From Bdellovibrionales bacterium (lineage in GTDB: Bacteria > Bdellovibrionota > Bdellovibrionia > Bdellovibrionales > UBA1609), in assembly GCA_965237565.1 (NCBI GenBank), contig OZ250145.1:443529-507528 (forward strand): a stretch of DNA of 64,000 nucleotides, read 5' to 3'. Below the pieces are notes generated by a model. That model did not search any database. It saw only the letters and a list, made by a program, of their open reading frames with translations, and was not told the DNA's origin. Positions within the stretch are counted from its first letter, which is position 1. Every line of letters starts with the position of its first letter. Made by a program: the position numbers and the translations under genes. Below, in pieces: positions 49,175 to 58,476 of the stretch.

Positions 49175-49438
49175 ATGATAAAAAAATCTAAGTGCTCTTC
49201 TCAGAAGGGACAAATTTTTGTAGAAATGGTGCTTATTTTGGCTCTATTTGTTGGTTTGACCTATATTGTATTGAATGTTTTCAAGCAAAAAAAACCTTTT
49301 GTAGCATTTGTTACCACTCCTTGGCAGATCATTGGCGGAATGATGGAGTCTGGAAATTGGCAAAAGTTGGATGAAGCAAAACAAAATCATCCAAATCGCT
49401 GGAAAAGAATGTACTCTTTACAAGGGAAAAATCCTTGA
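49175..49438 (+). CDS. TadE-like pseudopilin (87 aa)
   Basis: Basic leader then KGQIFVEMVLILALFVGL (a G-x-x-x-V-E prepilin-like motif plus hydrophobic helix). Confidence 0.6.
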   Translation: MIKKSKCSSQKGQIFVEMVLILALFVGLTYIVLNVFKQKKPFVAFVTTPWQIIGGMMESGNWQKLDEAKQNHPNRWKRMYSLQGKNP

Positions 49439-50064
49439 ATAAAAAATCATCTTTTTTTTCTCAAAGGGGATCCTTAACTGTTCAATTTCTTTTTGGTTTT
49501 GTTCTGGTCTCCGGCTTTGTTGCCATTTTTTCAGCAGTAAGCCTCACACTAGCTGTGAGTGAGATCACACAGTACATCACCTATGCATCTAGTCGCCAAT
49601 TGTTTTTGGCTCATGGAGATCGAGAAGCTCAAATGAAGGAAGCAAGGGAAAAATACGAAAGCCTAAGACAAAATCAAAGTTTGAAGAATTTTTTTTCTGC
49701 AGGCTGGTTTGTCATTAGGGATGAAATCAGTCAGGAAAATGGTTTGGGATTAAATAGAAGTTTTCAAGTTTCCAGTAACCGACCCAATCTGTTTTTTGGT
49801 GTGTGGACAAATTTTGAAGCCAAGTTGTTAGATATAGATATCCCGCTTTGGGGAGGGACTACAGAAGAAGGAGATTTAACAAAATTTTCTTCTGTAGTTG
49901 GCTCTTATTTGGGAAGAGAATCTACAATGTGGGAGTGTAAGAAATTTAATGACAACCGATTTGAACAAATAAGAATTCAGTGGCAAAGATATTCCTCTAT
50001 TCATCCTGAGATTGATGGGAGAACCAGTTATAGAAACAATAGTCTGCATGATAATGGGTGTTGA
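49435..50064 (+). CDS. TadE/TadG-like pseudopilin (209 aa)
   Basis: TTG start overlapping the previous stop. MNKKSSFFSQRGSLTVQFLFGFVLVSGFVAIF..., a TadE-type N-terminus. Confidence 0.55.
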   Translation: MNKKSSFFSQRGSLTVQFLFGFVLVSGFVAIFSAVSLTLAVSEITQYITYASSRQLFLAHGDREAQMKEAREKYESLRQNQSLKNFFSAGWFVIRDEISQENGLGLNRSFQVSSNRPNLFFGVWTNFEAKLLDIDIPLWGGTTEEGDLTKFSSVVGSYLGRESTMWECKKFNDNRFEQIRIQWQRYSSIHPEIDGRTSYRNNSLHDNGC

Positions 50065-50066
50065 GA

Positions 50067-50588
50067 ATGAAAAAAAGTAAGAAAAATTTCTTTAATAATC
50101 AAAAAGGCTTAGTGATGTTGGAGTCCCTTCCCATTATCTTAGTGATGTTTGTTTTGATGGGAGCTACCTTGGGCTCTTGGGGGGTTGTTCACACAGCTAT
50201 TTTACATTCCATTGCTGCGAGAAATTACATATTTTTTAATTTTAATAATCGTTTTGATCTTTCCTATCTGAGAGATTTTGGTCGAGGTTATGGTTTACCT
50301 GACATTGTCAGAAGGAATGGTTACTATCCTCGGTTAGGAATTCGATTTTCATATATTGACTCTGAAAAGCCAAAAGTTGGTTTTGATGTAAGAGCTACTT
50401 TACGCTTTATTGATTTTAAAAATCCAAACAATGAGTTTCCAAACCGTACGGATTTTCTCTCAGATTCAGATCATAATAGAATTCATTCTCTTGTCCCTCC
50501 CTTAGGAAGAAAAAATCAGAAAAAAGTTGGTCCTGCTTGGATCATGGTGGGTTACGGAATTTGTCTTTCTACCTCCTGTGGGGACTGA
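50067..50588 (+). CDS. TadE-like pseudopilin (173 aa)
   Basis: ATG 50067: MKKSKKNFFNNQKGLVMLESLPIILVMFVLMG.... Confidence 0.55.
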   Translation: MKKSKKNFFNNQKGLVMLESLPIILVMFVLMGATLGSWGVVHTAILHSIAARNYIFFNFNNRFDLSYLRDFGRGYGLPDIVRRNGYYPRLGIRFSYIDSEKPKVGFDVRATLRFIDFKNPNNEFPNRTDFLSDSDHNRIHSLVPPLGRKNQKKVGPAWIMVGYGICLSTSCGD

Positions 50589-50733
50589 TCTCTTTGCAAA
50601 ATAAGGTTTCTTAAAAATAATTAAGATAAACTTAGATTTTACCGAAGAAAGAAATAGGAGAAAAAGGTCAATATAAGAACTTTTTCTTCCAAGAAAAATT
50701 ACATTGCTTTTCCTTCCTACCGGGGGTGATCAC

Positions 50734-51567
50734 GTGAACAAAAACGAAACTTTGACTTTGTGGCTCAGTATTGGAGCCGCTATTCTCACGGTCATGTTGA
50801 TCTATAGTTACACCCAGGAAAAAAGTTCTCAGATATCTAGAAAATTTGGAGCACAGACCTCTGTAGTAACAGCCGTTCGTGACATTGAAGAGATGGAAAC
50901 GGTCGATGATTCTATGATAGAACTAAAAGAATATCCCAGCCATTTTGTTCAGCCAGAGGCTGTGTTATCTATTGAGGAAGCTGTGGGTTTGGTTGCTTTG
51001 GCTCCCCTTAGTAAGGGAGAGCAGATACTCAAAACAAAGATTACAAGACCTGGTCCAATGACAGGACTTTCTCTCCAAGTTTCTCCTACGAAACGAGCTC
51101 TAACAATTCCGATTGATGAAATGAGAGGAGTAGCGAAGCTTTTAAAACCAGGAGATCGAATAGACGTGATTGCAGCCTTAGATGTCAAAACCGGTGCAGT
51201 ACAAAAAAGAGAGATCAAAACCATCATGCAAGATGTGGTGATTTTGGCAACAGGAATTAAAATCATCAATGAATTACCTAGAGTGTTTGAAGAAATCAGT
51301 GGAGAAAATTTTATTCGGAATATTCGAGCAGCTACGGATTTTAATTCTATTACGATTGAAGCTGATCCAAGAGATATCCAAGATTTGGTCTATGTGCTCT
51401 CCACTTCGCCTGGTTCTTTGTTTCTTTCTCTCAGACACCCGAGCGATCATTTTGTAACTATGCATTTGGGGAAAAGTAGTTTGGAAAGAATTTTGGGACG
51501 TACCCCTCGCAAACCTGCCTTGAAAAATAAAAATGCTTGGTTCCCAAAATTGAAGAAAGAGAAGTAA
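50734..51567 (+). CDS. cpaB: Flp pilus assembly protein CpaB/RcpC
   Basis: GTG 50734 is preferred (GGGGG upstream); the track start is 50704. N-terminal TM, SAF-like region (VVTAVRDIEEMETVDDSMIE), and RcpC-like region (LKPGDRIDVIA). Confidence 0.8.
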   Translation: MNKNETLTLWLSIGAAILTVMLIYSYTQEKSSQISRKFGAQTSVVTAVRDIEEMETVDDSMIELKEYPSHFVQPEAVLSIEEAVGLVALAPLSKGEQILKTKITRPGPMTGLSLQVSPTKRALTIPIDEMRGVAKLLKPGDRIDVIAALDVKTGAVQKREIKTIMQDVVILATGIKIINELPRVFEEISGENFIRNIRAATDFNSITIEADPRDIQDLVYVLSTSPGSLFLSLRHPSDHFVTMHLGKSSLERILGRTPRKPALKNKNAWFPKLKKEK

Positions 51568-51570
51568 AAA

Positions 51571-53130
51571 ATGAAACATGATTTGAAATACTATAACTCG
51601 CTTTCTAGGGGCTATAAATTGTATTTTGGATTGAAAAGTATTTTTTTAGAGAAACATTTTGTTCAAGTTTTTTTTCTTTGCCTTGTTTTTTCTCTAAATT
51701 TTGTACATGCTAAATTCAATCAAACAGAATCCTTACCTCTTTATGTTGGTATTGAATATGATTACAGGTTATCGAAAAACTTAAAGGGCAAAAGGCTTCG
51801 ATTCGAAGGAACTTACAAACACTATACCGGTCTGAAATACAACCGCACTCTAGGGACTCTTCGTTTTACTCCTCGCAAAATTGGTTTGGGAGTGATCAAT
51901 ATTAAAGATCGTAAGGAGCAAATTTTAAAAACTTTTTCGGTGAGGGTGAGGAACACAGATCTTCATGAAACGGCTACAGAAGTTCAATCTCTTTTGAAAG
52001 ATATAGATGGTATTAGTATTAAAGTTTTAAATAATCGAGTGATAATAGATGGAGAAATTGTGGTTCCCAGAGACATCAGGCGTGTGCATGATGTTGTTGT
52101 AGAGTACAAGGGAAAGGCTACTTCTTTGGTCACTTTGAGTCCCTTGGCTCAAAATAAATTGGCCAAATTTATTGAGAAAGAAATCAATAACCCCAACGTT
52201 ACGGTGCGGGCAACCAATATGACTTTTATTCTGGAAGGTTTTGTTAACTCGCCAGAAGGAAAAACGAGAGCCAAAGAAATCGCAGATCTTTATGTACCTG
52301 ATTACATTGTGGACCTAGCTGTTAGCCAAAGTAAAATCAAAGAGCGAGTGCGTGAGCCGGTACTAAACTACATTAAAGTCATTGAGAAAAAAAGCGATGG
52401 ACGGAGAAAACTCATTCAACTAATTATTCACTATGTCGAACTCAACAAAGATTATGCAGACAATTTTCGTTTTCAATGGACTCCTCAGATTGAAGATGGA
52501 ACTCGCTTTACGTTTACTTCTGGAACCTTGGGTTTAGGACGCATCGGCGGGATTATCTCTGGAACGATCAATAATTTTTTACCAAAGCTGAATTGGGCTA
52601 AATCATTTGGATTTGCTCGGATTTTACATAGTGCCAATGTGGTCACAGAAGATCAAAAGGCCGCTTCGATTCAGTCGCAAAAAATGATTCCTTACCAGGC
52701 TACTTCCGGACCTCAAGGAGAGCAAAGTATTGCTTTGCAACCTACAGGGATCTCCATAAGTCTCACTCCCATTGTCGTGGGCCCTAGGGGAGATAGCATT
52801 CAATTGAGTAATATTAATTTCAAAGTCAATAACTTGGTGGGAAGTTCAGGAGGAACTCCCATTACAACCACTCGAAGCTTGCAAACGAGTATTCACGTAC
52901 AAAATGGCTTAAGTGCCGTAATCGGAGGAATCATCAGTAATAAAACTTTCTCCGATTACAATAGAGAGCCCAATTCGCAAGAAAGCAATCCTTTATTTTC
53001 TTTTCTCTCCTCTAAAAAATTCAATCGCTCACAAAGCCAATTTGTGATTTTTGTGACTCCGATTATTAAAAGTTCAGCGAGTGCAGGAGTGAACAGAATT
53101 AAGAAAAAATTTAAACTTTTCAATAACTAA
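51571..53130 (+). CDS. cpaC: Tad secretin CpaC/RcpA
   Basis: 519 aa. BON-like N-terminal domains and a C-terminal secretin core (...HVQNGLSAVIGGIISNK...SQFVIFVTPIIK). Confidence 0.85.
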   Translation: MKHDLKYYNSLSRGYKLYFGLKSIFLEKHFVQVFFLCLVFSLNFVHAKFNQTESLPLYVGIEYDYRLSKNLKGKRLRFEGTYKHYTGLKYNRTLGTLRFTPRKIGLGVINIKDRKEQILKTFSVRVRNTDLHETATEVQSLLKDIDGISIKVLNNRVIIDGEIVVPRDIRRVHDVVVEYKGKATSLVTLSPLAQNKLAKFIEKEINNPNVTVRATNMTFILEGFVNSPEGKTRAKEIADLYVPDYIVDLAVSQSKIKERVREPVLNYIKVIEKKSDGRRKLIQLIIHYVELNKDYADNFRFQWTPQIEDGTRFTFTSGTLGLGRIGGIISGTINNFLPKLNWAKSFGFARILHSANVVTEDQKAASIQSQKMIPYQATSGPQGEQSIALQPTGISISLTPIVVGPRGDSIQLSNINFKVNNLVGSSGGTPITTTRSLQTSIHVQNGLSAVIGGIISNKTFSDYNREPNSQESNPLFSFLSSKKFNRSQSQFVIFVTPIIKSSASAGVNRIKKKFKLFNN

Positions 53131-53168
53131 TAAATGGATTTTTCAATGATTGTTAGGAAGTTAACGAA

Positions 53169-55418
53169 ATGCCTTTAAGCTCAAAATGCCATCTCATTGC
53201 TGTAACAGGAGGAAAAGGAGGAGTGGGGAAAAGTGTTCTGGCCGCGAATTTGGCTGTGGCCATTTCGAGGGAGATAAGAACTCCTACTCTTTTGGTAGAT
53301 TTGGATGAAAAAAGTTGTGGGGATCCAAGTGTTATTTTGGGTTTACGACCCAAGCAAACAGTTTTGGATCTTACCCGTTTTCCCCAAATTGTGAGTGAGC
53401 AAACAGCAGGTAATTTTTTGGCTTATCATAAAGCGGGTCTGGCTTATCTGGGTGCTGTGAAGGGACCTGAGCAAAGTCTTGCAGGGGATCCCCAGATGTT
53501 CAACAAACAACTTTTTGGTTTGTCACAAAATTTTAAATACATTGTAGTGGATTTAGGTTGCATTTTAAATCCGTTGCAATTTTCCGTATTGGATTTTGCT
53601 AGCGTGGTTTTAATTGTGCTGAAACCCGAAGTTTTGGTTGTCAACCAAAGTAAGAGAATTCTCAACGAACTTAGTACCGCAACCATTCCTTCCCAGCTAT
53701 TTCAAATTGTTGTGAATCAATTTCAATCCGGAGACTTATCCCCTTCTGCAATTGCCAATAGTCTCAGATTGCCAGTTTTGTCTGTTTTACCAAAAGAGGA
53801 TGCAGTGGCCTCAAAGGCTCTCAGAGATTCTGTTCCATTTACTTTTTCTCATCCTATGATCCCCTTGTCTGGGGCCTACCATGACATGGTCAGAAAACTA
53901 ATGGGCGGGATTTTACAAAGAAACAAATCTCTTTTGCGTCCCAAGAAACAAAGCACTCCCTCTTTTTTTTCCTCTTCCTTTTCTCCAAAGAGTACAGGAG
54001 GGAATCATAAATTAACTCCTTTGGTTTTGTTAAAAATGCAAATTCATTCTGAATTGATTAAAGAAATGGATTTGAAAAAAGATCTAACACAAGCAAAAGA
54101 CGAGGCTTCGAAAAAAGAATTAAAAGATAAAACACAAATTGTGGTTTCTCGTTTAACAGATAAAAGAGGACAAGAGCTTTCTCGTCGAGAACGAAGCCAA
54201 GTGATTAAACAAGTCTTGGATGAAGCTTTGGGCTTGGGGCCTTTGGAGGAGATGCTTGCTGATCATTCGATTACAGAAATTATGGTAAACGGGTGTGATC
54301 AAATTTTTTGTGAAAGAAATGGGAAACTTCAACTCCACCCCACTACCTTTACTTCCAATCAGCAATTAAAAAATGTGATAGAAAGAATTGTTACTCCTTT
54401 AGGGCGTCGTATTGATGAAAAAACACCCTATGTGGATGCTCGTTTAATGGATGGATCTCGGGTGAATGCCGTGATTGAACCTTTATCACTCAATGGACCA
54501 GTAGTGACCATTCGGAAATTTCCCCAAGATCGCATTGAGATAGAAGATTTGGTGAGTCGCTTTGGCTCTATGACATCCGCAATGGCAGAATTTTTTAAAA
54601 TTTGTGTAGAACAAGGCTTAAATATTGTCATTTCTGGGGGTACAGGATCAGGAAAAACGACATTTTTGAATGTATTATCAGGATTTATTCCAGCCAATGA
54701 TAGAATTATCACTGTAGAAGATGCTGCTGAATTGCAACTCAAGCAAGAACATGTGGTTCGCTTAGAGACTAGGCCAGCTAATATGGAAGGCTCCGGAGAG
54801 ATTTCCATCCGTGATCTGATTCGAAATTCTCTTAGGATGAGACCGGACCGAATAGTGGTTGGAGAATGTAGGGATGGTGCTGCCCTAGATATGTTATCGG
54901 CTATGAATACAGGGCACGACGGCTCCATGACAACGGTGCATGCCAATTCTCCTAGGGAAGCAATTTCTAGATTAGAAACTCTTTGTTTGATGGCAGGGAT
55001 GGATTTGCCAGTGAAAGCCATTCGGGAGCAAATAGCGGGAGCTGTGAATTTGATTATTCAAATCAGTCGTCTCTCGGATGGAAGTCGTAAAATTATCAAT
55101 GTTACAGAAGTTGTGGGCTTGCAAGACGAAACAGTGACTCTACAAGAAATTTTTCGTTTCAAAGAAGAAAGTTTTGACAAAAATAGAAAAATTATTGGGC
55201 AGTTTCAAGCTATGGGGATGATTCCTACTTTCATAGAAAAATTTGAACAAAAAGGTCTGCAGATACCTAGAAGATTGTTTACAACTAGTGAATCTCATTC
55301 TTCTACAGCTCAAAAGAAATCTCTTCTCGGCGTAAAATCTAGACTTTCTCCCAAATCTTTTCCCAAGGGAGGTATTCAAAAATCTTCTGCCTTACCTAGA
55401 GGGAAAAAAATAGCATGA
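53169..55418 (+). CDS. fused CpaE/TadZ-like ParA/MinD ATPase + CpaF/TadA secretion ATPase (single 749-aa ORF)
   Basis: Residues ~1-245: deviant Walker A IAVTGGKGGVGKS, IVVDLG, CpaE-like. A Ser-rich linker (KQSTPSFFSSSFSPKSTGG) follows. Residues ~280-749: CpaF core ITEIMVNG, Walker A ISGGTGSGKTTFLN, RIVVGECRDGAALDML, GHDGSMTTVHAN. Confidence 0.85.
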   Translation: MPLSSKCHLIAVTGGKGGVGKSVLAANLAVAISREIRTPTLLVDLDEKSCGDPSVILGLRPKQTVLDLTRFPQIVSEQTAGNFLAYHKAGLAYLGAVKGPEQSLAGDPQMFNKQLFGLSQNFKYIVVDLGCILNPLQFSVLDFASVVLIVLKPEVLVVNQSKRILNELSTATIPSQLFQIVVNQFQSGDLSPSAIANSLRLPVLSVLPKEDAVASKALRDSVPFTFSHPMIPLSGAYHDMVRKLMGGILQRNKSLLRPKKQSTPSFFSSSFSPKSTGGNHKLTPLVLLKMQIHSELIKEMDLKKDLTQAKDEASKKELKDKTQIVVSRLTDKRGQELSRRERSQVIKQVLDEALGLGPLEEMLADHSITEIMVNGCDQIFCERNGKLQLHPTTFTSNQQLKNVIERIVTPLGRRIDEKTPYVDARLMDGSRVNAVIEPLSLNGPVVTIRKFPQDRIEIEDLVSRFGSMTSAMAEFFKICVEQGLNIVISGGTGSGKTTFLNVLSGFIPANDRIITVEDAAELQLKQEHVVRLETRPANMEGSGEISIRDLIRNSLRMRPDRIVVGECRDGAALDMLSAMNTGHDGSMTTVHANSPREAISRLETLCLMAGMDLPVKAIREQIAGAVNLIIQISRLSDGSRKIINVTEVVGLQDETVTLQEIFRFKEESFDKNRKIIGQFQAMGMIPTFIEKFEQKGLQIPRRLFTTSESHSSTAQKKSLLGVKSRLSPKSFPKGGIQKSSALPRGKKIA

Positions 55419-56299
55419 TCAAAGCCTTTTTTTTACATCCTCTTGTTTTGTCTTTGCTTATAGGCGTCTTGGTGTTCATTTTCTGCTACGTTCATTTTCC
55501 AAGGGTGATTCGCTTTTTCAAGGAAAAAACATTTCATTCTCAAAGAGAGATTCTAAAAATTGCGGATCAAATGATGCTTCAAGCTGGTCCAGAAAAGATC
55601 ACATTTTGGCTCTGGATGCTTGGTTTGAGTATTGGATTTTTGGTCTTTTTAATTTCCTGGCCCTACATTGTTTTGGGTCTTGTCCTAGGAATTTTTGGTT
55701 TTTTGTTTTCTTGGTTAGCCGTACAAAGAATTATGAAAACCATGTGGGAAACTCGTTCGAATCAAATTGTGTTTCAAATGGTAGATGGCTTGTCCTTGAT
55801 GACCAATGCCATGAAGGTAGGACTAGGGATTACGCAGGCAATGGAAAGAGTGATCAAGGGAGGAAAGAGAGGACCTTTAGTGCAAGAATTTCAACTCATT
55901 TTAAACAAAGTTCGTTTGGGAATGAGTGTGGAAGAAGCTCTCAATGAAATGGGAGAAAGAGTGGATCGTCCGGATGTAGATATGATGATCACAGGAGTTA
56001 ATATCCTCAAGGAAACAGGAGGAAATATTGCGGAAACTTTTTCTGTGATTGCAGACACGATTCGGGAACGACAAAAGGTAGAAAATAAAATCAAAGCCAT
56101 CACTGCTCAAGCCACTATGCAAGCCACGATTGTTTCTGCCATTCCCTTTGTGATTCTCGTAATGATGTTTTTCCTAAATAAGCAATATGCAATTTTAATG
56201 CTGACTACCCCTTTAGGCTGGTTTTGTTTGTTTATCATCTTGACCCTCATTATTCTGGGTGGCATCATGATGAAAAAGACTGTTGCGATTAAAATTTAA
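55415..56299 (+). CDS. tadB: Tad platform protein TadB/CpaG (T2SSF domain)
   Basis: 294 aa. TMs flank a T2SSF domain (MVDGLSLMTNAMKVGLGITQAMERVIK...GMSVEEALNEMGERV...LKETGGNIAETF). Confidence 0.85.
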   Translation: MIKAFFLHPLVLSLLIGVLVFIFCYVHFPRVIRFFKEKTFHSQREILKIADQMMLQAGPEKITFWLWMLGLSIGFLVFLISWPYIVLGLVLGIFGFLFSWLAVQRIMKTMWETRSNQIVFQMVDGLSLMTNAMKVGLGITQAMERVIKGGKRGPLVQEFQLILNKVRLGMSVEEALNEMGERVDRPDVDMMITGVNILKETGGNIAETFSVIADTIRERQKVENKIKAITAQATMQATIVSAIPFVILVMMFFLNKQYAILMLTTPLGWFCLFIILTLIILGGIMMKKTVAIKI

Positions 56300-56378
56300 T
56301 GCCGATGAAGGTTTAGGTGTTTTGATTGAATCGAAATTGTGAAAGAAATTCAATAAAGAATTTCTTGAGGAGGGAAGT

Positions 56379-58022
56379 ATGAAGATCATAATTTTATTAG
56401 CCTCTTTATTATTTGGCTTCTCAGCCTTCTCTCTTGTGGATACAAAGAACGCCAACTACAGCAAAACATTTGTAGACATAAACCTAGAAGGCAAGGGCTT
56501 GCCTTTTTTGGTGGAGCGAACTTATAATTCCCGTTCACTTTATAAGGGACTTTTTGGCTACGGATGGTGTTCCAATTTTGAGACAAGAGTGGAAGTATTA
56601 CCTGATAACTCCATTTCTGCCGTGGAATGCGGAGGGGGTATGGAAATAAATTATGTTCCCGCAGGCGAGAAAAGAAACCCTAAAATGATAGTTAAAAAGA
56701 TTATGTCGCAAGTTCGCAAGGGGAAAAAATTTTCAAAAAAATATATGAAAATTATAGAAGGAGATCTCAAACAATCTTCTGCTCTTCAATCGGAATTAAT
56801 AAGAGCTCTTAACCTAGAAGGCAAGGCAAAAACAGGACAGACTTATTATGCTTCTGGAAGGTTAGGGGAGCGATTGGAAGTGCAAAATAATCAGTACAAA
56901 CGTTTTCTACCAAACGGAAGGGTCGAGTTTTTTAATCAGAATGGGCAGTTGTATAAAAAAGCTGATCGACAAGGAAATTGGATCAAAATCATGAGAGACA
57001 AAAATGGAAGAATAATAAAAGTCTTGAATAATGAAGGAAAAACTTTACGCTTTAGCTACAATTCTAAAGGCTTCGTTATCAAAGGGCCGAACAAGCTAAA
57101 AGCTAGCTTTGTAGTTCGAAAGGACAATTTGGTTTCTGCTACTAACAGCAAGGAGAAAACCTATGAACATGTTTATGATAATTATCATAATTTAACCAAA
57201 ACTAGGTATCCGGATAGCACGTACGAATCTTTGATTTACAACACAGATAAGGATTGGGTGACAAGTTTTAGGAATCGAAAAAATTGTAAAGAGACCTATA
57301 ATTATGAAACTAATAAAAACAATAAGAATCATTACTGGACAGATGTGAAAAAAGTTTGTGGAAAAAGAGTGACAAATATCAGTCGTTATGAATTTTGGAA
57401 TAAAGAAAAACCTGGGAAAGGTGGACAGTATCTTTACCGTGCTAGGCAAAAAGTCAATGGAGATGTGTTAGATGTTATTTATGACCATAGAACAGGTTCT
57501 CCTTTGTTTGTCACTCGAAATAATTGGAGAACGAGTTTCTCTTATAACCCAGATGGTTCTTTAAAATTTCGTAAAACTCCCAATCGTCACATTTATTTTT
57601 CTAATTATGGAACCAATTGCAAGAAGCCTAATTTGGTTCAAGTAGATCTTTTGCAAGGAAAGAAAGTGGTTCGTCGAATAAAAACAAACGTACGATATGA
57701 GGGAAAACAGTGTCACTTAGTTATGGCTAGTCAAAAAGATACAGGACGTTGGGTGAAAATAGAAAGAGATATAAAAGGGCGTATCAAAAAAATTTCAGAT
57801 CAGTCCAAAAAAATCATTCTAATCACTTATAATCAAAAATTGAACAAACCGCAAAAGATCACTCGACCGGGAGTAGGTTCTATTCAAGTAAGCTACGATG
57901 AAAATGGAGAGATAGATCGTTCGAAGACAAAAACTGATCCAGCAGTAGCCACACAAGTTACAAATGTATTTAATGGATTTTTGGAACTGATCTCTCCCTT
58001 AGTGGCAGAGGTTAAAATTTAG
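56379..58022 (+). CDS. secreted YD/RHS-repeat protein without a recognisable RHS core or toxin tip
   Basis: 547 aa. Signal peptide MKIIILLASLLFGFSAFS. Entry motif LVERTYNSRSLYKGLFGYGWCSNFE. Many YD-type repeats (FFNQNGQLYKKADRQGNW, DKNGRIIKVLNNEGKTLRFSYNSKG, SFSYNPDGSL, QVSYDENGEI). No PxxxxDPxGL core motif seen. Confidence 0.7.
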   Translation: MKIIILLASLLFGFSAFSLVDTKNANYSKTFVDINLEGKGLPFLVERTYNSRSLYKGLFGYGWCSNFETRVEVLPDNSISAVECGGGMEINYVPAGEKRNPKMIVKKIMSQVRKGKKFSKKYMKIIEGDLKQSSALQSELIRALNLEGKAKTGQTYYASGRLGERLEVQNNQYKRFLPNGRVEFFNQNGQLYKKADRQGNWIKIMRDKNGRIIKVLNNEGKTLRFSYNSKGFVIKGPNKLKASFVVRKDNLVSATNSKEKTYEHVYDNYHNLTKTRYPDSTYESLIYNTDKDWVTSFRNRKNCKETYNYETNKNNKNHYWTDVKKVCGKRVTNISRYEFWNKEKPGKGGQYLYRARQKVNGDVLDVIYDHRTGSPLFVTRNNWRTSFSYNPDGSLKFRKTPNRHIYFSNYGTNCKKPNLVQVDLLQGKKVVRRIKTNVRYEGKQCHLVMASQKDTGRWVKIERDIKGRIKKISDQSKKIILITYNQKLNKPQKITRPGVGSIQVSYDENGEIDRSKTKTDPAVATQVTNVFNGFLELISPLVAEVKI

Positions 58023-58037
58023 GGATTTTGTACTAAG

Positions 58038-58304
58038 ATGAAAGGGAATGATATGTTAAAAAGGGGTGCTTGGCTTGCTTTGCTTCTCTTTGGTTTTTCA
58101 TCCTTTGCCCGGTTAAATTGTGTCAGTAGTGCCCCTAAAGGGGATCAAGGTACGGAGGCTACGGTGATCCAATCGCAATGCAATCTTTCTGCCCAAGGGG
58201 ATCAAGGTCGTTCTGGTAACGGTGGAGAGCTTCTTGCAATTATTCTCGCAGGACAACCAGAGGGAGATACAAACCTAGGTGATGAAAAGGGCACTATTCA
58301 GTAG
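58038..58304 (+). CDS. small secreted Gly/Asp-rich protein
   Basis: 88 aa. Signal peptide (MLKRGAWLALLLFGFSSFA), two Cys, and repeated KGDQG/QGDQG/PEGD/LGDEKG motifs. The start could be 58038 or 58053. Confidence 0.4.
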   Translation: MKGNDMLKRGAWLALLLFGFSSFARLNCVSSAPKGDQGTEATVIQSQCNLSAQGDQGRSGNGGELLAIILAGQPEGDTNLGDEKGTIQ

Positions 58305-58476
58305 CTCATTTTTAAAAGTGTGTAAAAATTATCAGCTTGTCTGAATCATTGTTGATTGTATGATTGTTGTACAGATTTTGTATCCATCACGATTTTTTTT
58401 TTAGTCTAAAGATCCATTTTTCCCCCTTCTTTTTCAACGAAAGATCCAATTGTAAAGAAAAGCAAATATTTTCTTT

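Noticed and set aside
54428-55021. A 197-aa antisense ORF inside cpaF. Similar long shadow ORFs include 47482-47967, 62918-63310, 1511-1888, 1955-2317, 14706-15095 and 19377-19748.
   Set aside because: Each lies wholly opposite or out of frame to a gene with strong family motifs and has low-complexity or unrecognisable sequence. These are typical shadow ORFs.
58305-58476. Short GATTGT-type reiterations (CATTGTTGATTGTATGATTGTTGTACAGATTTTGTAT) and two AAAGATCCA boxes in the spacer before the 58477 ORF.
   Set aside because: These are low-complexity sequences in AT-rich DNA with imperfect periodicity. I cannot argue for function beyond a generic promoter region.
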